Below, piece after piece: positions 1 to 13,844 of a DNA stretch of 64,000 nt (within the stretch, counting starts at the first letter, position 1; every line of letters begins with the position of its first letter). Source of the DNA: Mobula hypostoma (lineage: Eukaryota). A program made the translations under genes and the position numbers. The DNA lies in assembly GCF_963921235.1 (NCBI RefSeq), contig NC_086097.1, positions 189,226,001 through 189,290,000 on the forward strand, read 5' to 3'. The notes below the pieces were generated by a model. The model was not told the origin of the DNA, did no database searches, and saw only the letters and a list, made by a program, of their open reading frames with translations.

Positions 1-889
1 TTTAAATATGTCTCAAACAACGTGGAATGAATCATCTAAATAAACAGGTATCTCCAGTGGCTTTTTTTTGGAGAGTGTAAATATCACAATGGACACTAAG
101 CTGGAAATTGCCTGATAAGATGCTTGTAAATGGGTGAGGCTATGCTTTTACCATCTATGTGAAGCACAGACACATTCAGTCACAACCAAAATTAAAAGGA
201 AGATATCAGAGAAAACATGCTTAAATATCTCAGACCAGCAGATCTTCGAATATTTTGCAGCCAATCCAATGGTTACTTGTTTTCATGTAGTCCCTTTGAC
301 ACAACAAAACGTCGCCAGGTATTGTTGAGAGGAGAAATGAGGCTTGTTTTGAGAAGGCATTAGATGGAAGTCAAATAGAAAGGCTGATAGATATTAAGAA
401 GTTCTAATAAGAAGAATTTAGATGGCTGGAAGATTTCTGATCGATGTTGGAACACAGTAAACATCCACAGGATGCCAGAGTCAGATAAACATGTAGCATT
501 ACAGACAACATAAGGTTGGAGTAGATTATCATTTAAAAAAAACATGGTGGAAATCTTTGAAAGGTTCACAAATAAAACAAAAACTTAAAATTTTAAACAA
601 TCTGTTGAGGAACAAGGGCACAAGGGTTAATTCAAATTTAAATGATAATTGGGCACGTGGACATTATTGTAGCTTAATGTTAAGTGATTGGATATTTTGG
701 AACTTCAGCAGGTTACAATTGCTAAGAACATCATGAATAATTGGAACCTGAAAGTGCCAAAAGCAGAAATAAACACCGTGAGTGAATAATGTAGGGGTTG
801 AGGGGAACCATTTTGTAGAAATGGAAGTAAGTAGAATTTATGTTTGACTTGAAATAGCTCTGGTTCAGAAACTGTCTTTTCTAATCTCT

Positions 890-2057
890 TCACAAAGCTT
901 GTAAAGTGATCTGGACCACCAGGGAAAATGGGCTGAAAAAACGGCGGATGGAATTTATCTATTTGTTTATTTTATTTAGAGATACAACATGGAACAGGTG
1001 CTACTGTTCCAATGAGCCGCTCCACCCAACAACCCATCTATTTAACCCTAGTCTAATCACTGGATAATTTACAATGTCCAATTAACCCATTAACTAGTAC
1101 TTCTTTGGACTGTGAAAGGAAACCAGAGCACCTGGAAGAAACCCACGCATACACGGGGAGAGCGTATGTCCTTATGGATGGTGCCAGAATTGAACTTGAA
1201 GTCCTTCACCCCAAGCTGTAACAGCATCCACTAACTGCTATGCTACTATGGTGCCCAATTTAATGCACACAAGTGTGAGGTGTTGCACTTTGGGATGACA
1301 AACCAAGGTAAGAAATACGCAATGAATGGTAGGGCATGGAGGTGTTTGATAAAACAGAGAATTAAATATACAGGTCCATAACTTATTGAAAAGGCATCAC
1401 AGGTAGATGGTGTTATAAAGAGAACTTTTTGCACAATGACCTACATATATTAGGGCTTTAAGTATAGGAGTTGGCATGTTATGTGGAAGTTGTTTAAGAC
1501 TTTGCTGCGGCCGGATTTGGAATATTGTATGTAGTTCTGGTCACCCACCCACAGGAAAGATATCAATAAGCTTGAAAGAGTGCAGAGAAAATTTACAAGT
1601 ATGTTGACAGGACTTGAGGACCCAAGATGTGGGGTAAAATTGAATAGGTTAGGACTTTATTCACTGGAGCACAGGAGAATGAGGGGAAATCTTACAGAGG
1701 TATACACAATCATGAGGGGTATAGAGAAGGTGAAGCATCCAGGTCTTTTCCCCTCAGGCTGAGTGAGACCAGGACCAGTGGTATAGATTTAGGGTGAAAG
1801 GTGAAATATTTAAGGTGAATTTGAAGGGGAACTTCTTCACACAAAGGGTGTTGTGGGTGTGGAATGAGCTGCCAGTGGAAATGGGAGATGCAGCTTCAAT
1901 TCTTACATTTAAGAGAAGTTGGTTTGGATAGGTACCATACATGGATAGGTGAAATACAGAGGGCTATGGTCCTGGTGCAAGAGATGGGACCAGGCTGGCA
2001 GGGCTGGATGGGTGCAGGGCCTGTTTCAGAGCTGCAGTGCTGTATGACTGTATGACT
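890..2057 (+). mobile_element. CR1 LINE 3' fragment (degenerate), interrupted by a SINE
   Basis: CR1 ORF2 C-terminal motifs (LGLYSLEHRRMRGNLTEVY) and a CTATGA-type tail at about 2043-2060. Confidence 0.85.
958..1256 (-). mobile_element. tRNA-derived V-SINE-like element inserted in CR1
   Basis: Reverse complement of the V-SINE core (GGGTTTCTTCCAGGTGCTCTGGTTTCC); TSD AATTTA at 952-957 and 1257-1262. Confidence 0.75.
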
Positions 2058-2937
2058 CTAGGAGGAGCAGGGGACATCTCGGTGTTGTCAGGCCGTTTTG
2101 ATTCAGAACATTATATACTTTCCCACTCTTAGGGAGCTCTTGATTTCTTTCAAAAGGTAATGGATCAGTGGTGAAATACCCAGTGTAATTAGAAAGACAG
2201 ATCAGCAAAACCGGGTATGTTCTCACTAGCGTTTCCATGCAGACCAGAGTAAAGTGCTTATCATGAACAGCAGTACATTTTACTGTACATAGCATCTGCC
2301 ACATCTTAACTCTCATCATCCACCCTTCAGAGACTGAAAGATGCGAGCTAGTTTCTGCCTGGTTTGTCACATTCAGCACATTGTGCTGTCACATTTGAAC
2401 AAGTTGCAACTGCCTATCCAGTATGAGGAGATACTCCTCCATAATATTGCTCTTTTTAATTTTTAAACCTGCCTAACTCATCCTCAACATTCAATACAAT
2501 TAAGTACAATATACATAGCTTTCTCATTAATTATAGATCAGGAGACCCGCAGTCCATTCAGTCTACACATCCTCCTCGTACAGCAATCCAATCAGTCCCT
2601 AGCCCTGCTCTTTCTATAGAGTTCTGCAAATATTTCCTCAAGAATCCGTTCAATTCCCTTTTGAAAGCCTGGATTGACACTACATCCATTAGCTATTCTC
2701 TCAGCAAATTCCAGATCCAACTTTATGCATGGAGATGGAATTTCTTAAACTTTCCATCATGTTTTTGTCTGATAATTTAAGGCTGTACACCATAATCCTT
2801 ATAGAAGCAACTTCCCTCTACCTCAGTCCTGACACCCTTCAATAAAATGTCTTTCTTCAGGGAGAAGGGTTCCAGATCCTCTAGTCTAACATTGCAATTG
2901 AAATCCCTCATCCCTAAGGCACTCCCATTTGTACCGT

Positions 2938-3172
2938 AGGCGGCTCAGTAGCGTGGTGGTTAGCGTAATGCTTTCCAACATTACAGACTTGGGTTCAATT
3001 CCCACCGCCACCTGTATGTTCTCCCCGTGACTGCGTGGGTTTCCACCGGGTGCTCCGGTTTCCTCCCACAGTCCAAAGACTTATGAGCTAGTAGGTTAAT
3101 TGGTCACATGGGTGGCGTGGGCTCATTGGTCAAGACGGGCCTTTCTGTGCTGTATCTCTAATAAAGTAAACA
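2938..3172 (+). mobile_element. tRNA-derived V-SINE-like element
   Basis: A/B-box-like head (TAGCGTGGTGG ... GGTTCAATTCC), core TGCGTGGGTTTCCACCGGGTGCTCCGGTTTCCTCCCACAGTCCAAAGAC, A-rich end. Confidence 0.85.
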
Positions 3173-3700
3173 AAAATACCTTAACTCTTGGAGTCCAGTT
3201 ATCATTCTGATAAAGTTAACATTGCACTTACCATTCATCCTTCACACATAGATTCCTACTATCCTTGCTAAGGTATGGCATCCACAACTACTGATTGTAC
3301 TACTCATTGATCACCTAGGCAATGTCACCTTTGCATAACCTTTACATCCTTGTATTCTATTTCGGGTATAAAAGCCTTTTTCATTGTTTTTCATACCGGA
3401 TTATTAATTCAACTGATGTTTGTGGACCTCTCTGTTTGCTTGAACCTAAGCTGCTTTTAAATTTTCACCATTTATAATTTGCTCTTTGCTACAGCTCTAA
3501 AGTAGGCAGTCTCACATATCAAAGTTCAAAGTGAATTTATTATCAAAGTAAGCATATGTCACCATGTAGCACCTCGAGATTCATTTTCTTTTGGGAATTC
3601 ACAGTAGATACAAAGAATCAATGAAAACCTACACCCAAAGACGGACAAACAATCAATGTGCAAAAGAACACAAACTGCGTAAGTACAAAGAGTGAGTGAG

Positions 3701-3740
3701 TAAATAAATAAATAAATAAATAGATAGATAGATAGATAGA
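3701..3740. repeat. Compound microsatellite (TAAA)5(TAGA)5
   Basis: Read directly from the sequence. Confidence 0.95.
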
Positions 3741-3835
3741 AAAAAACATTGAGAACCTAAGTTGTAGAGTACTTGAAAGAAGTTCTGGCTAATTGTGTGT
3801 CTGATTAGCCCAGATACATTTTAAGTTTGTTTACA

Positions 3836-4057
3836 ACAGGAATTCTGCAGATGCTGGAAATTCAAGCAACACACATAAAAGTTGCTGGTGAACGCAGCAG
3901 GCCAGGCAGCATCTCTAGGAAGCGGTGCAGTCGACATTTCAGGCCAAGACCCTTCGTCAGGACTGACGAAGGGTCTCGGCCTGAAACATTGACTGCACCT
4001 CTTCCTAGAGATGCTGCCTGGCCCTGCGTTCACCAGCAACTTTTATGTGTGTTGCTT
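3836..4057. repeat. Palindromic Penelope-derived (MER6-like) hairpin element
   Basis: Arms 3864-3960 and 3963-4057 are near-perfect reverse complements around a 2-nt loop; related pieces recur through the window. Confidence 0.8.
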
Positions 4058-4689
4058 AAGTTTGTTTACCATAGTTTTGCCTCATTGTAATTTCGATTCA
4101 TGCTGCTTATTATGTCATGACCTTTGTATCATAACCAGTATTAACTGATAAGTTTTCAATGCCATTACTCATGTTTGTTGTAAATGTTGTGGCCCATTAC
4201 CCATCACTGGTTTTGCGGGAGATTGATGACTCCCTGCCATTTTGAGTGCTGGTGCCTTATTACTTTTCTGTCTCCTGTCACAAAGCCAATTTCCTGGCCA
4301 GATCTCTACATTGCTTCCATTTCCTTGAACTTTATTCTTGATGATAAATCTCTTGTGTAATATTTCATCATCTGGAAATTGTGTTCTGGAAGAACATATG
4401 AATAACAGCCATGAAATATCCCTTAATGTCTAACTTATCCAAAAAAAATGCAGTTAGGCTTGTTGTGCATGATCTACCCCTTTCTGTAAGTCATATGGGT
4501 TGAAGAATTTAAGAAAACAGGGAATGGGACTGAATAGATTACAATGCTTTGAGCTGGCATGGACTGGATGAAGTGTATAACTTCCTTTTTTGCCTTTATT
4601 TTCAGATACCTGCATAACACCTCCTTCCTGCTTTGTTAAAAAATGTTATTAATATTCAATATGCTTCCTGTTTTGTTGCCTGTGAGTCT

Positions 4690-6880
4690 AATATCTGTTC
4701 TCTCTTTTGTTTTGTGACCCCCGCCCGCCCCCCCGTGGCTTGCTGTTTGCAGTTTATTATTAGTCTTGTTCACTGCTGAACCATCTCTGTAGCTCTGCAG
4801 TTGGGTCAAGACTCTTCTACGTTTCCTGACAGAATGAGTAAGCCAGTGATTGACCCAGCAGAATGTGCTTGCAGAAAGGAAGTTGCCTGTTGACAGAGCA
4901 CGCGATCCGAAAGCAGCAGGAAACTATTGAAGATCTATTTGTCACTCTCAACCAACCTGCTGTTTCAATACATCAACTCCACAACAGTCAGCCTCCTCCC
5001 TTTCAGCCCTGGATTCCGGTGCTCAAAGAACTTTGATGGATCCTTCTCCCAATGCTACAACTGCCTGTTCCAGTGCATCTTACATCTTGAGCTCCAGCCA
5101 TCAGTCTGTTATGGGCCGAGCCAAAATTGCCTTCTTCATCTTTTTCTTGACTAGGTGAGCTCTGACCTGGACCACCACTAACTGGGACGATAATACTACC
5201 ATTTGCAATAAATGCGAAGAATTCACCACTGAGATGTGCTGGGTTTTCGACCATTGGAAGTGGAAGTGGGGCAGCAGATTGGATGCGTTGTCTGAATCAA
5301 GGGTCACACTTGGTGCTGGGCTACACCGTGGAATTCAGGATCCTCGTGGTGGAGTATGGCTGGAACGCAGAAGTGCTCTTAGCCTGTTCCCATCTTGGCC
5401 TCTAGGAGCACTTGAAGGACGAGCTATCTACCCGGGAGATGCCCACCAACCTTGAAAGCCTTGTCACTCTGGCCCTCTTATTAACAAGTGTCTAATGGAA
5501 TAACCTCCCCCCGCATCCCCAAATAATCAGCCAGAACCACATTTCTGTTCCCAGAACCATTTCAGGCCGCAGGACCATTATCATCAATGCCTCCAGAACT
5601 CATGCAATTGGGGAGAGCTCGATTAAACCCCCAAGGACGTAAGTGTCAGTGGAGAAACGGCATGTATGTGTAACTGCTGATCACCCACACATCGAATACC
5701 TGCTGTGTCTGAGAGAATGACACCACCAGATAGAGACGAGTGGCCTTCTATCTCATAAGCTACTGCCCCTCCACCATGGCCTCTTGTTTGAGCACCATAG
5801 CCCGACTCTCTCTCGGTCCTCCTCTGCACCCTGATGAGTCTATGCACACCGGAGTCTTTGCTGGATTCTGACATAGGTCATTTTCTGGAACAGACTCTGT
5901 GTGCCTATCAAGCTTGTCTCTTACTCTTTCTGCATCACAGCCACTGACACTTGTCTCTTAGGGTCTGTGATGGTTAGAGCACTTGCATGGGTATCAGAGC
6001 ATTGTTAGTCCATCCAATTCCTCCTTATCGACTCACACAACACTCCTCTCATCTTGGGTTAACCATGGCTCTTCACTCACATCCTCACTTTGCCAGGTCA
6101 TTTGGTTCACTGCTGAGTTGTGGACCTACCTGTCGGACCATCTGCCTGCAGCCTCAGCTGTCTTCACCCCATAAATCTGTGGAGAATGAGGAAGCTCTCG
6201 ACCTCACTGAACTGCCACAGGACTACCACGACTTGGTCATCACCTCCTTCAGTAAAACGGAAGCCAGCACCCTGCTGCCTCACAGACCCCATGACTATGT
6301 GGTTAACCTCTCCCTGGGCATCACCCCTCCCCAAGGTCAACTGATCTCTCTCACTCCTCCTGTGACCCAAGCCATGAATGTTTACACTGAAGCACTGCTT
6401 CATTCACCCATACCAGTCCCCAGCTGTGCAAGATTCTTCTTCGTCAAAGAAAAAAATGGGGTCTTTGTCCCTGCTCCAACTACCGCGGACTCAACAAAAT
6501 CACCATAAAGAATCACCACCCTCTCTCCTTGATGGACAGCACATTTGAAGCCCTGTTTTTCTGCTGGTGAAGTGCTTGGAGGAAGGCACAGAGGGCCCTC
6601 CGAGCAGTCAATCGCGCCCATTGATGCCAGGCTAACCATTCTTGAAAGCCAGCCAAACTACTCTGGCCTGGGGACGGTGTCTGGCTGTCCACCCACAATC
6701 TACCCTTGCACACCAACTTCCACAAGCTCTCGCCCCAGTTCATCCGTTCCTTCAAGATTACCTGTTGCATCAATCCAGTCACTTACTGTCTCCAGCTGTC
6801 ACCGTCGCTCAGGATCACATCTACCTTCCACGTGCCCTGTCTCAAGCCCATTGTCCACGACAGCACTCAGCCCACCTGAG
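4690..6880 (+). mobile_element. Degenerate, internally deleted Sushi/chromovirus-type Gypsy element
   Basis: LTR end ...GTTTCCTGACA at 4831; decayed gag; RT start (LPQDYHDL..FSKTEASTLLPHRPHD, FFFVKEKNG, YRGLNKIT) joined near 6555 to the integrase C-terminal module (GDGVWLSTHNLPL..KLSPQF..INPVTY..TFHV). Confidence 0.8.
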
Positions 6881-7404
6881 CCTGGACCTCTGGAAACTAG
6901 GATTTGGAAGTTGGTTCAGTGAACATAGTTTACTGGTTGATTGGATTCACGTTGTCGTGGATGAGGTGTGCAGTACCTTCAGGTTCAAGATGGTGCTGGT
7001 GAATCTCAGAGACTTCTGGCTGCCGGCTAATGAAACAAAGAAAAAAAATCAAAATATTTGTTAATCATACTTTTTCTGGCAAATAATCATCGCAAGTAAT
7101 GGATTGGAATTTCCCTTAGGACTTGGAGGTAATTCAATGTGGCAGGGCAGCAGGCCCGTCACCAAGATTGATTAAAGCGCTGTGCAGAATCAGAAAGGTC
7201 GGGTAAAAGCCAAACTGAGGCAGCAGGGTGCAGGCCCCAGAGTGCGCTGAGGCAATTGAACCTGTTTGGATGTTGATTTAGGTGCTGAGCCAGATTGAAA
7301 AGGTCAGTGTGTCAGGGCCTGAGGTGAGGGAAGGGCCAGTTGAGCACGCTGCTCTACTATGTTTACTCGGCTCTGCGCTGAACTATGGATCATGGACTCT
7401 CTTA

Positions 7405-8674
7405 GGCTACGTCCACACTAGACCGGATAAATCCGTAACCGAAGCTCTTTCTCTTCGTTTTGACCCTCCGTCCACTAAAACGGCGTTTTCCTCCCCCGAA
7501 AACGGAGCTTTTCTAAAACACTCTTCAGAGTGTTTAAATCTGAAAACGCCGGTTGGCCTTTGTAGTGTGTACGGGGTAACCGGCTAATTTTAAAAATGCT
7601 GTCATGATGCGCCGGAACAAATGGTGGCGGCAGCAAGGCATTTCATTGTTTTCTTGAACGCAACCTCCAACACCATAACAACAATATCTGACAATAGATG
7701 TGTCACAGCCTAATGTAATATTGTATGGAAAGACAAGATAACACTGATGCAGACACGTTTTATACACTTAACAGGGCGCTTTATTTGCCATGGTCCCTTC
7801 TAGCAATCCCCCACCTTACTATTTACCTCAGGAATTGGGCCTCGATCCCCTCGTTTAATTTCCAATCATTCCCAGGTTCCACTAACTACACACACCTGCT
7901 TTCTATCTGAAAATGCAGGATAAAGACCCTGTGATCACAACAAGGAGCTGTCAGTTTGTTGGTCGAGTCCGGTGAGAGTAACTTCATTTCATGGTTCTTT
8001 GGACTGTTAGTTCTAAGTCTAGCATTGCTCCTGGATTCTCTCCAAACCCAAGACTTCGGGTAAAGACTCCTGGAAACTGATTCCACGATCGCTATGGCGA
8101 TAACGCCTCCTGACTCTGCCCCTGCACCTGTGTTCTGCACTTGGGTTTGTCCACCGCCACACTCGTGTAACATTGTTATTGTATTGCTTGTGCAAATGCT
8201 CCATAGATGCATTTGTCACTTTTGCCCAATAAGTTGTTTTATTGCACATGTGAAATACAGCAAAATAATACACAAAGACATGGCAAAAATAAAGGCAAAT
8301 GAATGAGGTAGCAGTAAATTTCACTTTTGCCCAGTAACAAGCCTTATTGCATTTAGTTGTCGGTGTCGTCCCTTTCATCGGTGAAGAGACTATGGCTGTA
8401 GGAAGTGTTTCTGGACAAATGTGCACCTAGTCTTTCATTTGGCAATTTCCTTTTAAGTTTTTCTAGTCTGCAACTGGACAAATGCACACCAAGTACAGTA
8501 TACTGTTTCCTCTTCACTTGTTTTCTGTGTGTCCTGTGCATGCCCAGTAGGAGGAGATTTGCCCAAATATCCATCTAATGTGGATGGGGGTATTTTGAAA
8601 AACGCCTGGTGTGGATGCCTGTCGTTTTTACACGAAACCCGCGTTTTCAAAATTATCTGGTCTAGTGTGGACGT
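7405..8674. mobile_element. PIF/Harbinger-type non-autonomous DNA transposon
   Basis: TIRs GGCTACGTCCACACTAGACCGGATAA / TTATCTGGTCTAGTGTGGACGT; preceded by TTA; right end eroded. Confidence 0.7.
7786..8172 (+). mobile_element. Probable solo Gypsy LTR nested in the Harbinger MITE
   Basis: TG...CA termini, LTR-like end TCTGCACTTGGGT...GTGTAACA, imperfect TSD TTATT/TTGTT. Confidence 0.45.
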
Positions 8675-8999
8675 CAGTCAGAATGCCATTTGCTTGTGAT
8701 TATTGTTTGCATGATTTGTATTTTTTCCTCTATGCACATTGTGTGTTTGACAGCCTTTTTTTTTAATGGGTTATTTTGGGTTTCTGTGTTTCATGGCTGC
8801 CTGTTGGGAGACAAATCTTAGGGTTGAATAATGTATACATACTTTGATAATAAATGTACTTTGAACATTGGATTGTGGTTGACCGGGAAGGGTACAGCCT
8901 GAAGGACATATCTTGTGCCATCTAGTTACATCTTGGATCTATCGCTCATGAAGGCATTCCACCAGACCCATACGGATCATCCTGGGCAGTCGGAGACTG

Positions 9000-9297
9000 G
9001 GTGGGCGGGGGGAGAGAGGGGTTGGTGGTCCTGTCAGGCTTGCACATACAAGCTCCTCCTAGTCACCTGCCTCTCATTTCCAATACATCACCTGTAGCCT
9101 ATTTAAACTCAGTAAACCCAGTTCTCATTCACAATCCCTGTCCATTCATTCGAACCAGCCAGCACCAGTTACCTTGTTGCCTGTGAGTTTAGTGTCTGTT
9201 CTCCCTTATTTTGTGTTGGTTACTAAAGCTATCGCTCACTGCTAAATTGTCCACACTGCTGTGCTTTTGGTCAAGCCTCCTTTATATTTCCTAACAA
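9000..9297 (+). mobile_element. Probable Gypsy LTR remnant
   Basis: 3' end GGTCAAGCCTCC...TTTCCTAACA resembles the LTR end at 4800-4831; TATTTAA TATA-like box; left boundary uncertain. Confidence 0.45.
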
Positions 9298-9891
9298 AGG
9301 GTTCCTCAATATTCCTGATCACCAGCTTTTAGCTGCGGAATACATCCTGGAGCTGCATTTTGAACATATTTCTCTGCCATTTTGTCACTTTTTGCTTTAA
9401 CAGTGGACAGTCTCCAAAATTTTAGATGAAAGTAATCCTTAACTAAATCTGGAAACCTACTAGCCTTTTCAATCATTACTTTCTACTTGATCATATTATT
9501 ATCAACATTAGGTAAATGTTTCTGCTTTTATGGGCTGTTGACTCTATTTGACTTGTTAGTCATTACTAAATCTAAAAATGGGGAGTCCAACATCTGCTCT
9601 CTTCGAACAACAAAATGTGCAGCCACAGTGACATAGGCTGCTTAGGGAAATCTGTGCCACCACTCTGGGTACAAATGCATAAAGGCTTATTTAATTAATT
9701 TTGCATTTGCAAAATTTGCATCTCGAGTTAAAAATCATTTAAGCCCAGTTGAAGCTGCCCTCACATCTGCGGACTTCAGTATTTCTTAAAATGTTGCAAA
9801 TATGTCTGCGAGTCTGATATCTTCATAGAAGCATTTTTTCTTACTTTGTCTGTAAACTTCTCATTGGAAAAGACTGAAGATTGATCAGATA

Positions 9892-10081
9892 TAGAAACAC
9901 AGAAACATAGAAAACCTACAGCACAATACAGGCCCTTCGGCCCACAAAGTTGTGGCGAAAATGTCCCTACCGTAGAGGGCTATGGGTAAGCCTAGTAATT
10001 TCTATTTTTCTAAGCTCCATGTACCTATCCAAAAGTCTCTTAAAAGACCCTATCGTATCTGCCTCCACCACCGTTGCTGGT
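9892..10081 (-). mobile_element. CR1 3' end fragment
   Basis: (TAGAAACA)n tail and CAGGCCCTTCGGCCCAC 3'UTR motif. Confidence 0.75.
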
Positions 10082-10608
10082 AGTTCTGTCTATGGTTTTA
10101 GAATTAGAGGCACCTGGCTTTACAGAAGAAAGTATTAACTTTTATCTTGAGAAATGTAATTCTAAATTACTACTGAAAAATCTGCATCTTTGCACATTTG
10201 TCTAGGGGACTGGTATTTCTCAATCAATTTACTTCTTGTGGTAAAGCTGATTTTAGCTCTTAACTTTCGGTGAACAGTTTCCTGTGATGTAACAACAGTA
10301 TTATAATTTACTTTGAAAATGTAAACTTGATTTCTTACCAAGAGTTCTACCTGCGTCACTGACTAAGTGTCCAATTGAAACATTAAAGTGCCACATACTA
10401 CAAGGGAACTATTGTTGCATGTGTCAACATTTTTCCATGCAATGTGATCTGGAATAGAAACTGGCACCCAGGCACTGCATTCAGTTCTGACCAAAGACAC
10501 CCTAGACACCAGCTTTTACAATGAGCAATGGGGAAAAAGCTCATTGTCTGTCTCTTGATAGCACTAGTGTACATTGTCAGAGAAAACTACACTGAAATTG
10601 AGTAAATA

Positions 10609-11960
10609 CAGTGGATTGTGGTTAATTGGAGCGGCCACTTATTTGTGACATTATGCCTCTTAATTGGGACAGGAGACATGTCGAACAGTTTCTAACTAGT
10701 GTCAGTTGCATACACATCATGTGGCCATTAGACAGTACACCATGTTTAGAGCGAATAATTTTTAAATAGCATCCCTTGCATGTATTTGTGTTCAAAAAGT
10801 GGTGATTTTTGTCACTGACAGTTGGCAAGTATTAAGCAGTAAGACAATACAGAACTGTTTTGCTCACTGGTTTCAAGTATTCAGGCTTGTTGGTGCCAGG
10901 AACAGCTGGGAGCGAAAATGAAACTATTTTGCTACTTCAGCAAATTAGGAACAATGAAGAGTTTGAAGCATCGAAAATCATCTTGAACGTTACAATGAAA
11001 ATGAAGATTTGGAGGATGTAATCGTCAAAAGCATTGTTTGAAAGCTGATCATTATCTATGCTTCTGTGCTGATTTTGTTCATTTACAGTCAATCAAAAGA
11101 ACACGGCAGCAGAGAACATAGAATAGTACAGCACATTACAGGCCCTTCGGTCCAAAATGTTGTGCCTACCCTCAAACCCTGCCTCCCATATAAACCCCCA
11201 CCTTAAATTCCTCTATATACCTGTCTAGTAGTCTGTTAAACTTCACTAGTGTATCTGCCTTCAGCACTGACTCAGGCAGTGCATTCCACATACTATTCAC
11301 TCTCTGAGTAAAAAGCCTTCCTCTAATATCCCCCTTGAACTTCCCACCCCTTACCTTAAAGCCATGTCCTCTTGTATTGAGAAGTGGTGCCCTGGGGAAG
11401 AGGCGCTGGCTGTCCACTCTATCTATTCCTCTTATTATCTTGCACACCTCTATCATGTCTCCTCTCATCCTCCTCCTCTCCAAAAAGTAAAGACCTAGCT
11501 CCTTTAATCTCTGATCATAATGCCTACTCTCTTAACCAGGCAGCATCCTGGTAAATCTCCTCTGTACCCTTTCCAATGCTTCCACATCCTTCCTATAGTG
11601 AGGTGACCAGAACTGGACACAGTACTTAAGTGTGGCCTAACCAGAGTTTTATAGAGCTGCATTATTACATCGCGACTCTTAAACTCTATCCCTCGACTTA
11701 TAAAAGCTAACACCCCGTAAGCATATTCTGGATTAATTCCTCTGCTGATAAGTATCAGGAACTAATACATAGTTTTACAGTACTGTAGTACTTTTGGTAG
11801 TGTTCTAATTTATCTTTAAATTTCATTTAAATATATCATTTGTTACTCAGTTAAATGGTAGTTTGTCTTTATTATGTATTTTAACTATTTCCCTGAAAGT
11901 TCAGCTCAGTGGGGCAAACTGTACTGGTCCCAATGTGTCCAATTTAGTCATAATCCAGTG
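10609..11960. mobile_element. TcMar/Tigger-type non-autonomous element, interrupted by CR1
   Basis: TA|CAGTGGATT ... AATCCAGTG|TA termini with TA target duplication. Confidence 0.6.
11112..11720 (-). mobile_element. CR1 3' fragment
   Basis: ORFs 11172-11483 and 11504-11713 (MLAFISRGIEFKS..LYKTLVRPHL; RRMRGDMIEV). Confidence 0.9.
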
Positions 11961-12714
11961 TATATGAATAATTTTTATCAATAACTTCCTCACAAATAAA
12001 AACATTCATCACAATTAATTCATAATTTTTATACTACGTTCACCATGAGCAACTAGCTGAACGATTAACTCATACACCTAACAGATACATGTATATTTAA
12101 AATAAACAAATATAAATGTTTATTAATTTGAACTAAAATGGGAGATGGGCTGCTGATTTCATCAAACAAAAAAAACCCAATAAAGATGTTACTAACAAAG
12201 TCCTACTCTAGATATTCTGGTACAGAACGTATGTTGACAACATTTCTGTTTATTTTGGTTATTTGTAACAGCAATGAGGTATAAGCAATAACTGCATAAA
12301 ATAATCAACATTTTAAATGTTGGCAGAATAAAATGAAGGTAATTATAGAAATAAATCTTTGAGCTTTGCTACTTTAAGTTTGCCAAAGATGACTATCAGA
12401 TTTTATTGCACCTAATCTAGAACTTTATTTCATTCTTTTCAATGGTTTGCATGCTATACAATTATAAAAGTTTTTAAGTTCCACAGTAAAATGTTGCACA
12501 ATGCATCATTTTGACTTGTATGTTTCTATGGCACTCTGTTTCTCTGACCATTGATGCTGCCTTATCTGATGAATATTTCTAGCATACAGTATTTGTTATA
12601 TTTTCAGTTTCCAAGATCTGCATTACTTTATTTTTTGAAAGTTTCAACTCTTGTTCACAAGGAGAATTATAAAATGGAATCAATAACACATTTGAAAAGT
12701 TCATTTTTTTAAAA

Positions 12715-13215
12715 TTGGATTGAATTTATTTAACACTTACATCAGTCCCACAATGTGGGGGAGTAAAAATCTTTGCATTATCACTCCGTCACAATGTACA
12801 GATATGTGAATTTATAAGTCTAATGGCTTGTAGAAAGAAGCTGTTCCGTAGCCTGTTGGTCCTGGCTTTAAAGCTGTGGTACCATTTGCCAGATGGAAGC
12901 AGCTGAAACAGTTTATGGTTGGAGTGATGGGTATCTCCAATGATCTTCCAAGCCTTCTTTATGCACCTGCTGCTTCAAATGTCCTCAGTGGAGGGAAGTT
13001 CACATCCATAGATGTGCTGGGCTAACTGTACCACTCTCTGCAGTGCCCAGTGATCAAGGTTGGTGCAGTTCCCGTACCAGGCGGTGATACTGCCAGTCAA
13101 TGGTGCCCCAGTAGAAGGCCTTGAGGATTTGGGGGTTCATGCCAAACCTCTTCAGTCCCCTGAGGTGGAAGAGGTGCTGTTTTGCTCTTTTTTGCCACTC
13201 AGCTGGTGTGTCAAG
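12715..13215 (-). mobile_element. Rex/Babar LINE 3' fragment
   Basis: Reverse-strand similarity to the 3' end of the Rex copy at 57700-58346. Confidence 0.6.
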
Positions 13216-13844
13216 GTATTTTGATTACAAGAAGAATTTGGAGTTTTACAATACTGTATTTGCTGCAAAGCACTGAAAGTAGGTGCTAAAAGCAAGAATT
13301 AACAATTTTTCATTCAGTGGATATTTCAAAATATTGCATAGTGTGTGGCTCTGCATTGAAAAGATAAGGAATTGGTAGATTAATTAAACTATTAGACATG
13401 TACTTTAAGGGGATGTAACGATTTCAGCCATAGACTGTGGCTTTGCAGAATAGTGGAGGATTTTCCAAATATAGGTTTGGAAAATAAAAACAGTCAAGAA
13501 GAAGAAGATATACGCATATGCTGCCTTCAGCTGCTTAGCCTAAACACTTATCTGCATCATACATTCGTTTTGCTGAATGTGCATGAAATGGAATTATCAC
13601 AATAGTTGAGCAATCTGGTCCTGAGGCTTTCTCTTTGCTCGTTTATACAATAAATCATTGTGAAATTAAACAATTGAATTTGTTTATTAATTTATCTCAG
13701 TTGCAATATCGAAAGATAGAACAACCTACATCCAAAAGCCAATTCCACTTTATTCTTCCCTTCACCTGCTCCTTGACATCAGGAAGGGGGGCAATGTATA
13801 GGCTCCAGTTTATATCAATGGTGCTGAGGTTGAGAGGATTGAGA

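Noticed and set aside
3821..4090. Similar peptides encoded on both strands
   Set aside because: Artefact of the DNA palindrome
6977..7050. Minus-strand exon-like segment after a strong polypyrimidine acceptor
   Set aside because: No recognisable peptide (no carbonic anhydrase similarity, despite the expected synteny) and a weak donor
4690..9297. One full-length Gypsy element with LTRs ending at 4831 and 9297
   Set aside because: The two ends are only loosely similar, no TSD was found, and unrelated sequence intervenes
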